The notes beneath the pieces were generated by a model. It did not search any database, was not told the DNA's origin, and worked only from the letters and a program-made list of their open reading frames with translations. Of a DNA stretch of 57,553 nucleotides, positions 1 through 10,177 are shown one piece after another. The stretch is from a plasmid. The stretch lies in the sequence record NZ_CP045973.1. One strand, 5' to 3'. The translations under genes and the position numbers were made by a program. How positions within the stretch are numbered: position 1 is the stretch's first letter; each line of letters opens with the position of its first letter.

Positions 1-132
1 GTGCATGTGAAAAAGTTTCCTTTTCCTGCGCGAGATTTTTGTTTAAAAGGACAAGATTTCTCTGCAGGGAGGGATCTTGTCCTTTTTTGTTTGCTAAAAG
101 TGAGAATCAACGAAGAGAGGAGAGAGGATCAG

Positions 133-1767
133 ATGTTTGACAACGAAGCGATGTATCAATATAGCAGCGTGATCGATGCGGTCGTGCATGAAGGAATCAC
201 TGCTTTTCGGAAAAAGGGAAGTAAAGGCGTTTTGGCTATTCGAGATCACTATGCAGCTGTCGAAGCAGCAAGCGAAAATCGTAAAGGCGTGCAATTTGTC
301 GTTCGCGATAAAGGTCATCTGCAGATGGAGCATGGCGTCAAAGGGTTTATTGTTACGAGCCAAGAAGCGCTGCTGACAGAAGCAGATAAAATCACGCATT
401 GGACACCAAACGTTTTTAGATGGGGAACATATACGGACGATAAACGGCAATACATAAAAGGTTTTGACGAACAAAACTTGCAACAAATCAATACATTCGT
501 GGTCGATGTCGATACACAACAAGTCGATGTTGCGAAGATGCTGACGGCATCGATGAAAGTGCTGGATCAAACGCCGACTTTTATTTTACATACTACAGCT
601 GGTTTTCAACTGTACTTTGTCCTAGATGCACCAACGTTTATCAGCAATGCCAACCAGTTTAAAGGGTTACGCGTGGCGAAACGTATTGCTAAAAACATCA
701 AACATGCGTTTGCGAACGAACTGCCAAACGTCGATTGCGGATGCAATGATTTTGGTTTCTTCCGAGCTCCAAATACTAAAAATGTTGCCTTCTTAAATCT
801 GGAGAGTAAATTTCAATTTCAGGAATTGATGAACTGGTCTAAGGAATATACGGCTAAAAATAATCGCCCAGGTCTGCAACTTGTGTCGAAGCAAGCAGCA
901 ACTTTTGATGCGACGCAGCAACCTTGGTTCGATAAAATCGTGCATTTGACGAATGTCCAGGGGCGCAAAGGGCAACTTGGCCGGAACAATGTTATGTTTA
1001 CACTGGCACTTGCTTGTTATAGCTCCGGCAGATCCAAACAAGAGGCTTTAGATCTGCTTGATCAATTTAATAGTCGCCTGCAGGCTGAACTGAAAAATTA
1101 TAAAGAGATCGAAAAAGTCGTACATAGCGCTTATTCCAAAAGATATAAAGGTGCGAATCTGGAGTATATTGAATCGATCTTGGAAACGTACGATTCAGGA
1201 AGCGAAATGGAGCATTCTACGCCATTTATCTTTGCGAAGCCAGGGAATAGTGTGTTTCGGAAGCATAAAAAAGCGCGAGAAGTGCGAGAATATTCACATT
1301 TTGCAGAGTGGGAAAGTGATTTGGAAAGCTACCTAGAAAAACAGATCACAGCTGGAAAACTTTACTTAGAAAAGTCGCAGCGCGAGTTGGCTGAAGAAAC
1401 AAAAATACCATACGCATCCTTGAAAAAAGTCCTGAAGCAATCGAGCAAAATTATTAGCAAAGTACAAGGCAAAGGTCGATACGCGAAAACGTTGCTGACC
1501 ACGATCGCGATTGTGACCGAACAAGCGATCCGTCATGCACTCGATCAAAAAAAAGTGAAGCAAGAAAAATACCGTGCATTTGTTGAAACGTTTGCGTCAG
1601 CAGTGGAATATGTGAAGGGAAAAGTCTACTCAACCAGCAACGCAGAGAGCCTTTTTGTGCGTTCCAACGTCAGAGGGGATAGAACTGCCCAATTAGTGTT
1701 AGAACAAATCAATAAAGTGTACCAGACAAGTCCTAGCAACGATTTAGAGCGATCGCGAAGTAGTTAA
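133..1767 (+). CDS. plasmid replication initiation protein (primase-like N-domain, PriCT_1-like C-domain); frame is open from window edge, first ATG with RBS at 133
   Basis: Long ORF open at position 1; GAGG-type RBS 5-8 nt before ATG 133; 'FVVDVD' acidic motif and 'NNVMFTLALACYSSGRSKQEALDLL' region resemble primase-C-terminal (PriCT_1) domains of Gram-positive theta-replicon Rep proteins. Confidence 0.5.
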   Translation: MFDNEAMYQYSSVIDAVVHEGITAFRKKGSKGVLAIRDHYAAVEAASENRKGVQFVVRDKGHLQMEHGVKGFIVTSQEALLTEADKITHWTPNVFRWGTYTDDKRQYIKGFDEQNLQQINTFVVDVDTQQVDVAKMLTASMKVLDQTPTFILHTTAGFQLYFVLDAPTFISNANQFKGLRVAKRIAKNIKHAFANELPNVDCGCNDFGFFRAPNTKNVAFLNLESKFQFQELMNWSKEYTAKNNRPGLQLVSKQAATFDATQQPWFDKIVHLTNVQGRKGQLGRNNVMFTLALACYSSGRSKQEALDLLDQFNSRLQAELKNYKEIEKVVHSAYSKRYKGANLEYIESILETYDSGSEMEHSTPFIFAKPGNSVFRKHKKAREVREYSHFAEWESDLESYLEKQITAGKLYLEKSQRELAEETKIPYASLKKVLKQSSKIISKVQGKGRYAKTLLTTIAIVTEQAIRHALDQKKVKQEKYRAFVETFASAVEYVKGKVYSTSNAESLFVRSNVRGDRTAQLVLEQINKVYQTSPSNDLERSRSS

Positions 1768-1867
1768 CTTTTAATGAGCTCAATTGCCAAGTACTTATTT
1801 CTAGTTACTAGTTTGCTCTCGACCCCCTGGTTAAATTAATTTACTGATGTGAGGATGGTTTTTAAAC

Positions 1868-2032
1868 ATGAATCGAGCAGAGAAAAAGCAAAAACAACAG
1901 CTGTTACTCCAGCTGTCAGATTGTTATGAAAAGCATGATGCGTTACATGTGAAACATGAGGCTGGTACTTATTTACAATGTGCTACGTGTATGAGAATTA
2001 TAGAGGTGACAGCTGCGATCAAACGGTTATAA
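1868..2032 (+). CDS. small hypothetical protein (54 aa) downstream of rep; not in ORF track (<60 aa)
   Basis: ATG preceded by GAGGATGG; open 54 codons to TAA; Cys-containing (CxxC-like 'QCATCM'). Confidence 0.2.
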   Translation: MNRAEKKQKQQLLLQLSDCYEKHDALHVKHEAGTYLQCATCMRIIEVTAAIKRL

Positions 2033-2041
2033 GAACCACCA

Positions 2042-2797
2042 GTGGTAAAAAAAACGGAGAAAAAACAGCTAAAGGGTAGTCATCAGGCCGAACCGGATGC
2101 GGTGAAGTTTGAACGTATGGAAGATTGGTTTCAAGGTTTTACGGTGGATCAGTACGTGCATTTAAAAGATTCGGGAATGAAAGATAGCGATCTTGTAGAT
2201 TTGTTAGATATTCCAGTTGCTATTTTAAGACATTGGAAGATGTTACATGGTTTAGCGAGTTATCCAGCAAGTATTTTTGAGGTAACGACTAAAGAGCAAG
2301 GGAAGTATTATTATAAGGCGCTCAAGCAGAGGGATTTGCGGCATCTTTTAAGACAAGCAGGAATCCAAGCACGTTCGATCACTGAAATTCCTGGCGATGA
2401 ATGGGAATCATTTTATGTGTCACTGGATGGAGCTGATAGCTATACAACGCTGGGGTTATTGGAGCAGGAAGTAGTCCTTGGGTTATTAGCGCATTTAGAA
2501 CCGGTTTTAGAAACACAAGCTGCGGAAGTTTGTGTCCCAGTTGGGACATATAAGGTTATTCGGTATGGTGGCAATAATGGGGGACAGATCGTGAATTTTG
2601 TTCAGCCTCATCGAGCTCAAAAAGTGAAGAAAGGCAAACCTGTGCAATTATTGGTCAAGGGGCGTGTACAAACAGCGATCAAGCCAGGTATGTATGTTGT
2701 CAAAAATAGCTTGAAAGAAGTGATGTGTTATACATCTAAGGAATTTTTTATGCTGTTTGACTTGTTGCAGGATACGAAGTACCGCCCGAATGGATAG
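2042..2797 (+). CDS. hypothetical protein
   Basis: 251-codon ORF (GTG start in track; alternative ATG at 2117); no recognisable motif. Confidence 0.35.
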   Translation: MVKKTEKKQLKGSHQAEPDAVKFERMEDWFQGFTVDQYVHLKDSGMKDSDLVDLLDIPVAILRHWKMLHGLASYPASIFEVTTKEQGKYYYKALKQRDLRHLLRQAGIQARSITEIPGDEWESFYVSLDGADSYTTLGLLEQEVVLGLLAHLEPVLETQAAEVCVPVGTYKVIRYGGNNGGQIVNFVQPHRAQKVKKGKPVQLLVKGRVQTAIKPGMYVVKNSLKEVMCYTSKEFFMLFDLLQDTKYRPNG

Positions 2798-2830
2798 ATG
2801 TCAATAAAGTAGACAGAAAAAAGGAATATT

Positions 2831-3433
2831 TTATGAAGAATCATTTAGAAAAGCAAGTTCTTTTAAATTAGGTGATAAGAAGTTGTTTGCAGAATGTGGT
2901 CTTTTTGAATTATAGAATCCTTCAATATACTCAAAACAAGCTAATTTTACTTCTTCCAAAGAGGAAAAATTTCGACGATTAAGTTCTTCTTTCTTCATGT
3001 ATTTAAAGAAAGATTCTGTGACGGCATTATCCCACGGGTAAGCAAGTTTAGAATAGGAAGGGATAAGGTTGTATTTTTCTTGGACCTGCCGTAATTCTTG
3101 AGACAAATATTGGGAACCACGATCAGAGTGAAAAATAACCGACTGCACAGGATTTCTAGAATGAACGGCTCGCTCTACCGTATCACAAACTAATTTTGCA
3201 GTCATAGAGGCATAGACATTCCAAGCAATCACTTTTCGAGAGAAGATGTCAAGAATTACACAAAGATAAACAAATCCTTTTTTTACAGGAATATACGAAA
3301 TGTCGCTGACCCAAATACGATTGGGTTGCTTGGAATGAAATTGCTGTTTCAACAGATTTGGACAAGTAGAAGAAACCGTCGGTTTTTGATAACGGAATCT
3401 TGGTTTTACGGTAGACATTTTAGGAAGATCCAT
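2831..3433 (-). pseudogene. IS3-family transposase OrfB (DDE/rve) fragment, N-terminally truncated by the adjacent IS21-like insertion
   Basis: Contains 'WVSDISYIP...HSDRGSQY...YPWDNAVTESFF' DDE integrase core; lacks OrfA and the first ~90 aa of OrfB; abuts IS21 end at 3441. Confidence 0.7.
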
Positions 3434-3509
3434 GGTTTTCTGTCAAGGGCCATATTAAAATGTTGGTTTTAGGCCACTGAAAATGTAGGTGAAAATCGTT
3501 TAAACGTTT

Positions 3510-4313
3510 TTACGATTTCACCTCTTTGTTTTCGCTATAACTCTTCATTCTATAAGAGGGCCCCGTAATTTGGATCAATTTAGAGTGATGGACCAACCGG
3601 TCCAGTAGCGCGTTGGTAAGCTTCTTGTTTCCAAATATTTCGGACCACTGGGATAGTGGGATATTGGTTGTAACAATCGTAGATTTTCTTTCATACCGCA
3701 TATTAATCAGCTGAAAAAGTAAGTTGGAACCTTCTTTGGAGAAAGGTAAATAGCCGACTTCGTCGATAATCAACACCGAATAACCCGAATATTTTTTTAG
3801 CATCGTTTCGCTAGTTCCGCGCTTGTGAGCGCGGATCAAACGATTCACTAATTCAGTGCTCGTAATGAACAAACAACTTAAACCACGATCGATACATTCT
3901 AATCCAATTGAAACGGCTAAATGGGTCTTTCCAACACCACTATTTCCAATAAAGAGAATATTGTCATATGTGTCTAAAAAGCGTAATGTTAATAAATCCT
4001 GCATTTCCTTCTTTTTTATCCTTGGTTGAAAATCAAAATTGAAATCATGGAGTCGTTTGTGGTAGGGGAACATTGCACGCTTTAATACCTTTTTTTGACT
4101 TTCTTTTTTACGATAACTAATTTCTTGTTGGGTGAGCTCGAATAAAGAGTCTACAAGCGATTTATCACTTTTGGCAACCTCATCTAAATGGGCAGGTAGA
4201 TTTTCTTTCATGCAAGATAAATTCAATTCGTTTAGTTGATTTAACAATTGATGGTAATGGGACATCATTTCCTCCTTATAGATCGTCATATGCATGTAAA
4301 TTATCATCGACAA
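3510..4313 (-). CDS. istB: IS21-family helper ATPase IstB
   Basis: 267 aa; Walker A 'GNSGVGKTHLA', Walker B 'LLIIDEVGY'; 3'-overlaps istA as in IS21. Confidence 0.85.
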   Translation of the reverse strand: MSMIIYMHMTIYKEEMMSHYHQLLNQLNELNLSCMKENLPAHLDEVAKSDKSLVDSLFELTQQEISYRKKESQKKVLKRAMFPYHKRLHDFNFDFQPRIKKKEMQDLLTLRFLDTYDNILFIGNSGVGKTHLAVSIGLECIDRGLSCLFITSTELVNRLIRAHKRGTSETMLKKYSGYSVLIIDEVGYLPFSKEGSNLLFQLINMRYERKSTIVTTNIPLSQWSEIFGNKKLTNALLDRLVHHSKLIQITGPSYRMKSYSENKEVKS

Positions 4314-5502
4314 ATCGCTCTAATTCTTCATCTTCTAAATATTTAAATACATCGGAACGCAAAATTTCAAGCGAGTCTTCGCGTTGATAATTAAGCGCTT
4401 TTTCACTTATAGGATGGGTTCGAATACATTTATCCCCATACCAAACAAATAGATTGTCCCTACGAATATCTAACGTCACTTCTTTCCCAATATATTTAAC
4501 AGGAACAGAATATTTAGCATTTTGATATTGAACCATGGACTCCATCGATACCTTTCTCAGTAGACGTTTATTTCTAGAAACATAGCTGAGCAATTCTAAA
4601 CGATGGATGGGAGCTAGTATGGGAAGCTCTTCCTTTAGTAAAACCGTCGGTTTGTTGTGGATGGCTTGTGAGACGGAGCCATTCAGATCTTGCATCAATT
4701 CATATATGATCTGTTTTAACTCTTGTACATCTGTAAATTCATAATTAAAGACCATTAAACGCTCAACTGTTCGGGCTAATGCTTCCACTTTCCCTTTTGT
4801 TTGGGGTCTAAAAGGACGACAAGCAATCGGATGGAATCCAGCATCTTTCGCAAATTGCCGGAATTTTTCATTGAAAACAGTTTGTGTGAATTGACTCTTA
4901 CTACGGTCGACAACGGTTTTCATATTGTCAAACCAAATTTCTTGAGGAATACCGTTTCCGCAATATTCAAAGGCATTGACTAAACACTGAAAAACCGTCG
5001 GTTGTGTTCGATCAAAAGTGAGCTCTAAGTACTTCATTCTTGAGTAACCAAGAATATAGAGAAAAATATTGAAATAAAACACTTCACCGTCTCGGCTAAC
5101 CATTTTAACGTTTTCTTTCCAATCTACTTGAGCAGAAAGACCGGGTGTGGTCTCAATACGAATCGTTGCTTTTTGTACTTTTTCTTCCCGGTATTTACGA
5201 CAATAACGTTTAATCGTTGTATAACTCCCTTTATAACCTTTTTTACCTAAGAAATAAAAGATAGAAGCTGCCGAACAATTTAATTCTAATTTATCACGAA
5301 TAATTTCTTCAAAACCATGAAGCAAAGGAGGGACCGAAGGTTTTCTCTCTCTAAGCTTATCTAAATCCCCCTTCAATCCAGCTTCATAATAGCGTTTAAC
5401 CGTTCGATAATCACAATTATATTGTTTGGCAAGGGCTGCGAAATTAGGATGAATTTCATTCATAATGTGTAGTAACACTCCTTCTAAGACATCTTTTCTC
5501 AT
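4276..5502 (-). CDS. istA: IS21-family transposase IstA
   Basis: 408 aa; N-terminal HTH, DDE region; organisation and size typical of IstA. Confidence 0.85.
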   Translation of the reverse strand: MRKDVLEGVLLHIMNEIHPNFAALAKQYNCDYRTVKRYYEAGLKGDLDKLRERKPSVPPLLHGFEEIIRDKLELNCSAASIFYFLGKKGYKGSYTTIKRYCRKYREEKVQKATIRIETTPGLSAQVDWKENVKMVSRDGEVFYFNIFLYILGYSRMKYLELTFDRTQPTVFQCLVNAFEYCGNGIPQEIWFDNMKTVVDRSKSQFTQTVFNEKFRQFAKDAGFHPIACRPFRPQTKGKVEALARTVERLMVFNYEFTDVQELKQIIYELMQDLNGSVSQAIHNKPTVLLKEELPILAPIHRLELLSYVSRNKRLLRKVSMESMVQYQNAKYSVPVKYIGKEVTLDIRRDNLFVWYGDKCIRTHPISEKALNYQREDSLEILRSDVFKYLEDEELERFVDDNLHAYDDL

Positions 5503-5611
5503 GATTCACTCTCCTTGGATAGTTTCATGAAAAAGAATATCAGATTTGTCATGTACCTACATTTTCGATGGCCCTTTTCCTACATTTTAATATGGCCCTT
5601 TACAATATGAT

Positions 5612-5829
5612 CATACAAAACGGGTTGAAGAAAGTGAATTACGTCCAGGAGATCTTGTCTTTTACACAAAGACCTATAATGCAGGAAGGCCAGTAACACA
5701 TGTTGCTTTTTACTTGGGAGATGGCAATGTTTTTCAAGCAAGTGGAAACAAAATTAATTACAGTTCGATAAATAATAGCTACTGGAGAGCGCATTTATAT
5801 GGGTTTGGTAGAGTGGCAGAATTTAATTG
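5612..5829 (+). pseudogene. 3' remnant of an NlpC/P60 (CHAP-like) cell-wall hydrolase gene, 5' part removed at the IS21 boundary
   Basis: Frame opens directly after IS21 IR; translation '...LRPGDLVFYTKTYNAGRPVTHVAFYLGDGNVFQASGNKINYSSINNSYWRAHLYGFG' matches the conserved C-terminal His/'GDLVFF...HVGIYIG' block of NlpC/P60 peptidases. Confidence 0.45.
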
Positions 5830-5845
5830 AAAAGGAGTTTATTAA

Positions 5846-6082
5846 ATGACAACAAGTAAGAGAATGTTAACCATATTTATCTTAACTATTTTACTTTTAT
5901 CGATTATTTCATTTTGTTTTTTGTACGTGCAAGCTAATAGTAAGGTCGTTACTCAGAGAGAGATAATTAAAAAAATGAATATAAATTTACGAAATAGAAA
6001 CGAAGAAAATATCACTTTAAAAGAAAGAAGTTTACAAAATAGTGATGATTCCGATCAAAAAAATCCATCTTTTTTTAGATAA
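5846..6082 (+). CDS. small membrane protein (one TM helix)
   Basis: AAGGAG RBS; hydrophobic N-terminus 'LTIFILTILLLSIISFCFLYV'. Confidence 0.4.
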   Translation: MTTSKRMLTIFILTILLLSIISFCFLYVQANSKVVTQREIIKKMNINLRNRNEENITLKERSLQNSDDSDQKNPSFFR

Positions 6083-6434
6083 ATTTTTTGGTGAAATACA
6101 AAATTATACGGAAAAAGATTATGGAAAAAGATTTGATGGAATAGAAAATATGGCAAATGAATCTATTCTTCAAGAAATGAAAGGTGCTGGATCTGAAGTC
6201 GAAACGGCTTCCCACAATATTGAATTTGAAAATAAACTAACAGGTCTGACGGTTTATCAAGACCGTGAAAAGCCACTCCACTTTTTTATCAAAATGGAGC
6301 TAGAATATCATACAAAAACATTTGAAAACAAGTCCTATTTTTTAGCGGAAGTAACGTTACAAAAACAAAAAGAGGATTACTTCATGACGAATTACACCGC
6401 TTTAGGATCGATTCAACAAACAACGGAGGCCTAG
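6042..6434 (+). CDS. hypothetical protein; may be joined to upstream ORF by frameshift at A7/T7 tracts
   Basis: ORF overlaps 3' end of the previous gene in another frame; homopolymer runs at 6056-6078. Confidence 0.3.
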   Translation: MMIPIKKIHLFLDKFFGEIQNYTEKDYGKRFDGIENMANESILQEMKGAGSEVETASHNIEFENKLTGLTVYQDREKPLHFFIKMELEYHTKTFENKSYFLAEVTLQKQKEDYFMTNYTALGSIQQTTEA

Positions 6435-6436
6435 TT

Positions 6437-7354
6437 ATGGAAGAAGGAAGTTGGATAGAAAAAATTCAAAATTTGAATAAGAAAGATAAAAAAATATTTC
6501 AAACAAACAAAATTCTTCGGTTTAAAATCGGGATTATCTTATCGGCTTGTTTAGCTGTATTTTTCTTATCATCTAATTATTGGTGGGGAGATTATTCCCC
6601 GATTCAGCAAAGTCAGATTGGAGAGAAAGTGGACATTAACGGCACAAAATTTATTCTGCAAGATTGGAAATACAATCCAAATAAAAAGTCCATGCGCATC
6701 AAAATGTTTATTGATCCGAACGCAACTGACACTTATACCAACCTGTATAAAGTAAGTTTTGTGATGCGTGATTTAGAAAAAGAGGACTATGAAAATACAC
6801 AAATTCACAGCAAAATATTGTATCAAGATGATCGATATTTGGTAGTAGAAGTCAGCGACTTACCGGAGAATTTTCAAAAAATGGTTGTCTATGTGGATGA
6901 TGCTAATGAAGAAAATAACGAAGTTGCGCTTCAAACATTTTCAATCAGCAAGAGTGATGATAATGAAAAAATGGGTGGCTTCTCCGGAGATTATCGTAAG
7001 TTGAAAAAAGTGAAAAACTGGACCAGTGAAACAACGTTTGCCTACAAAAAAGAAGGACTCCGTTTTCAAATAATGTTCTTAGAAAACAACATAGCGAAGA
7101 AAGATATGCAAATCAAAAAGCTGGAAGAAAAAAAACAGATTATTCATGAAAAGCAACAAGATTTGGAGGCGAGCAAAACTCACAAAACACCGGAAGAACA
7201 GACTAATATCACTTATGAAATCCATAGCTTGGATGACACTATCAATGATAATAAATCTTCGATATCGAGTAAAGAAGCGAATATCGCTGCTTTGGAAGAA
7301 CAAATAAAAGCGATGAAGAACCAGATCCAATCACTTATCGAGATAGGTAAATAA
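6437..7354 (+). CDS. membrane-anchored coiled-coil protein (hypothetical)
   Basis: GGAGG RBS; one TM segment then Lys/Glu-rich heptad region at C-terminus. Confidence 0.5.
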   Translation: MEEGSWIEKIQNLNKKDKKIFQTNKILRFKIGIILSACLAVFFLSSNYWWGDYSPIQQSQIGEKVDINGTKFILQDWKYNPNKKSMRIKMFIDPNATDTYTNLYKVSFVMRDLEKEDYENTQIHSKILYQDDRYLVVEVSDLPENFQKMVVYVDDANEENNEVALQTFSISKSDDNEKMGGFSGDYRKLKKVKNWTSETTFAYKKEGLRFQIMFLENNIAKKDMQIKKLEEKKQIIHEKQQDLEASKTHKTPEEQTNITYEIHSLDDTINDNKSSISSKEANIAALEEQIKAMKNQIQSLIEIGK

Positions 7355-7357
7355 AGC

Positions 7358-7475
7358 TACGGTAAAACCACCGGGAGCATGTCTTAGGATATACGGTAAA
7401 ACCACCGGTTGTAGGCTAAAGATATACGGTGGAACCACCGTAAGTAAGGAAATAAGACCTACGGTAAAACCACCG
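7358..7475. repeat. four direct copies of 16-bp motif TACGGT(A/G)(A/G)AACCACCG with 33-35 bp phasing
   Basis: Copies at 7358, 7392, 7425, 7460 read directly from sequence. Confidence 0.8.
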
Positions 7476-7479
7476 TAAA

Positions 7480-7560
7480 AAGCTTACAGCATGACCCCAC
7501 CGTTTCCTCGCCTCTGGCGAGCCTCCAAACACTGTTTGGGGGCAAAAACACATTATGCTC
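7480..7560 (+). promoter_or_regulatory. candidate oriT region (small hairpins) upstream of mobilisation genes
   Basis: 'ctcgcc tct ggcgag' and 'caaaca ctg tttg' inverted repeats between the repeat array and the RHH/relaxase genes. Confidence 0.25.
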
Positions 7561-7751
7561 TTATCCATTTACTTCGTAAATTTGGATAACCCTTTTTAGA
7601 CAGTGGATAATCATAATTGATTATTCATTGTTTAAAAGGCTCATAGCTCTTGTTTTTTAAAAATAAAAGAAACCGGGGATCCGGGTTCTTCCGGGTACGA
7701 TTTCGCTGTAGGCGATGTCGTACGGTCTTCAAATGAAAGGGGTGGAATTAT

Positions 7752-7991
7752 TTGGCAGAAGTAAAAATTCGTGATCTAGATGCAGCTGTCGTTAAGCAAT
7801 TAGATCAATTAGCTCGTGAAAAAAAGATGTCGCGCGAAAGTTTTCTGCGGCAATTTCTGACGAGCATTGCTGCATTGGAGGAAAGCAATCATCTTATTGG
7901 AAAACAAGAAGAGGCGTTCCAAAAAATGACAATAGGAATCATCGAATTAACGAAAGATGTTCGACAATTATTAACAGAAATTCGTGAATAG
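7752..7991 (+). CDS. ribbon-helix-helix relaxosome accessory protein (MobC-like)
   Basis: 79 aa, TTG start with GGGGTGG RBS; N-terminal 'AEVKIRDLDAAVVKQLDQLAREKKMSRESFLRQFL' RHH pattern; precedes relaxase. Confidence 0.5.
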   Translation: MAEVKIRDLDAAVVKQLDQLAREKKMSRESFLRQFLTSIAALEESNHLIGKQEEAFQKMTIGIIELTKDVRQLLTEIRE

Positions 7992-8002
7992 GGGGATATA
8001 AC

Positions 8003-8443
8003 ATGGCGAGAAAAGAATTTCACATCACCGATCAAAATGCAACTTATATCAAAGAGATTAAGAAAGAACTAGGATTTAAAAGTGAAGGGAAAACAATCAA
8101 TTATATTATTCAAACATTCGCCGAAAAACAACGTGATTTTTCGCTTGCTAAATTTATGGAAGACCACTATGAAGAAAATAGAAAATTAACTACACACATA
8201 CGATTAGGTGTCAACTCCGCAGAAAAAACAACACAAGAAATCAAGGAAATGTTAAATAACTATTTCCTATTCAATCGAGAACCAGAGGAAGCATTTTTCC
8301 CAATTGAAAAAGACAAACACTTCATCACACAAAAAGCAGAAGAAGAAGTGCAACGACGATTTAAAATTATGCGTGATAAAACGAAAGAAGCTAGCAGGAA
8401 AAAACAAAAAGACCCTGTAATTCCGGAGCCGGTTCATGAGTAA
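8003..8443 (+). CDS. hypothetical protein (mob-module)
   Basis: 146 aa ORF with RBS, overlaps start of relaxase gene. Confidence 0.45.
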   Translation: MARKEFHITDQNATYIKEIKKELGFKSEGKTINYIIQTFAEKQRDFSLAKFMEDHYEENRKLTTHIRLGVNSAEKTTQEIKEMLNNYFLFNREPEEAFFPIEKDKHFITQKAEEEVQRRFKIMRDKTKEASRKKQKDPVIPEPVHE

Positions 8444-9776
8444 AATAACAGCAGGTATTGTATTAAAGACAAAATTTATTGTTCCGAATAGTCCATTAAA
8501 CAAGTCGAAACAATATTGGCCAAATTATATCAAATATATTGATCGTGATGAAGCCGTTCGTAATGCGCATTATAAAGAATTTAGTTTGATTGGTAATGAA
8601 GAAGAACGTGCAGAAGAAGATAAGGAACGGAATAAAAAATATATTGATTATATGGGCAATCCGCAAAAAACATCTGGCTTATTTACAGAGGGAAAAACCA
8701 GACTGACAGCAGCTGAAAAGAAAAAATATAAATCGGCTTTTCAAACTGCCCAAGATAATAATAGTGTTATGTTTCAACATGTTATCAGTTTTGATAATGA
8801 TTGGTTAGCGAAACAAGGTATTTATGATCCGAGCATTGGCATGCTTGACGAAAAAAGATTGCAACAAGTAACCAGCGCTGCGATGAAAAGCTTTTTGCGT
8901 AAAGAAGAAATGGACGGGAGTGCCATTTGGTTAGCAGCAATCCATAAAAACACTAAACACTTTCATGTCCATATTTCTGTGACGGAACCAAACCCAACTC
9001 GTAAATTCTATTCCAATAAAAAGCGACCAGAGTTGGAAAAAGGAACTGATGGAAATCCAGTAAGAGATGGACGTATGGCACCGGCAACAAGGAGAGCTGT
9101 ACGGAGTACGGTTTATAGTGAAATTGCGCAGCGTGGTGCTTTTTACCAGCGAATTGATGACTATGCGAAAGCACAACTTCTTACGCCACTTCGTGAATCA
9201 AAAGAAGCCCTTCGATCAGAAGAAAACGTTGCTTTATTTCTTGAACTACACCAAATGTATAAGGCACATTCAGGCCAATGGAATTATGGAAACTTAAATA
9301 GGCATCCAGCAAAAAAGGTGGTTGATCAAATCACAACGAATTATTTAATGCAGCATCATCCAGAAGAGATGCAAGTATTTCGTAAAGCGTGGGAACATGA
9401 AGGGAAATTGCAGCAAGAAGCTTATGGAGAGAAAACAGAATTTAATATACACACCTATTTAGAGAGTAAGGATGAAAAATTATATAAGCAATTAGGGAAT
9501 CAAGTTCTTCAGGAAGTAAAAAAATATGATCGCTCGAATGGCGAGTCTAAAGCTAGTGGCCATTATTTAGATCAGCAGGGGAACTTAAAAGTGACCGGAA
9601 GATTAACACCAAAAGATAAACTTGAGAGATATCGACGTCGCCGGGGATCTGTGATTTATCAATTGAAAAAGATGGATTATGAGTTAGATAATTCCTATAA
9701 AAAGTGGAAGAATGACCGGGCCTTTGAAGAACTTGAACAAGAAATGGAAAGGGAAAAATCAGTTCATAGAGGATAG
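8436..9776 (+). CDS. conjugative/mobilisation relaxase (MobA/MobL-type three-histidine motif)
   Basis: 446 aa; 'AIHKNTKHFHVHISV' H-x-N/D...H-x-H metal motif typical of MOB relaxases. Confidence 0.6.
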   Translation: MSKITAGIVLKTKFIVPNSPLNKSKQYWPNYIKYIDRDEAVRNAHYKEFSLIGNEEERAEEDKERNKKYIDYMGNPQKTSGLFTEGKTRLTAAEKKKYKSAFQTAQDNNSVMFQHVISFDNDWLAKQGIYDPSIGMLDEKRLQQVTSAAMKSFLRKEEMDGSAIWLAAIHKNTKHFHVHISVTEPNPTRKFYSNKKRPELEKGTDGNPVRDGRMAPATRRAVRSTVYSEIAQRGAFYQRIDDYAKAQLLTPLRESKEALRSEENVALFLELHQMYKAHSGQWNYGNLNRHPAKKVVDQITTNYLMQHHPEEMQVFRKAWEHEGKLQQEAYGEKTEFNIHTYLESKDEKLYKQLGNQVLQEVKKYDRSNGESKASGHYLDQQGNLKVTGRLTPKDKLERYRRRRGSVIYQLKKMDYELDNSYKKWKNDRAFEELEQEMEREKSVHRG

Positions 9777-9786
9777 GAGCTAAAGG

Positions 9787-10158
9787 ATGCAAAAAAGAAA
9801 TAGAACAAGAAAGAAAATACGGCCAAAACGGAAAACATGTTTGATAGAACCAGATGATATTTGTGTAACCACGGTCATGTATCAAGAAGAGACGAACAGG
9901 AAAGTGAGACCAGTAGTAGTTCTTGAGATTGATAAAGAAAAAGAAATTGCCTGGTGTCATAAAATGACGACAAAACCAAAAGGGATTCCTTTAAGGAGGT
10001 GGATCGAAGAAGGCCTTTTCAAGCCAACGTTCGTGGATATTCGTATGATTATTCCAGTAAAAATGAACGCTATGGTACGGATAGGGGTACTGCATCCCGA
10101 AGATAAAAGCAGCCTATCTAGTAAGAAATCGTGTACATCACTAGGGATTACGCTATAA
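9787..10158 (+). CDS. PemK/MazF-like fold protein (putative toxin) with basic N-terminal extension
   Basis: 'PDDICVTTVMYQEETNRKVRPVVVLE' resembles GDI...RP-vVV core of MazF/PemK. Confidence 0.3.
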   Translation: MQKRNRTRKKIRPKRKTCLIEPDDICVTTVMYQEETNRKVRPVVVLEIDKEKEIAWCHKMTTKPKGIPLRRWIEEGLFKPTFVDIRMIIPVKMNAMVRIGVLHPEDKSSLSSKKSCTSLGITL

Positions 10159-10177
10159 TGGAAAGGAGGTGAGAATA

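Larger units (their letters stand above)
3441..5604. mobile_element. IS21-family insertion sequence (istA-istB), complete copy
   Basis: Terminal inverted repeats 'tgtcaagggccatattaaaatgt' (3441-3463) and 'acattttaatatggccctttaca' (5582-5604), TG...CA ends, internal multiple 'ggccat/aaaatgtagg' repeats; istA then istB on minus strand. Confidence 0.8.

Noticed and set aside
94-570. 158-aa minus-strand ORF
   Set aside because: Lies entirely antisense within the Rep gene. No RBS, odd Cys/His-rich composition.
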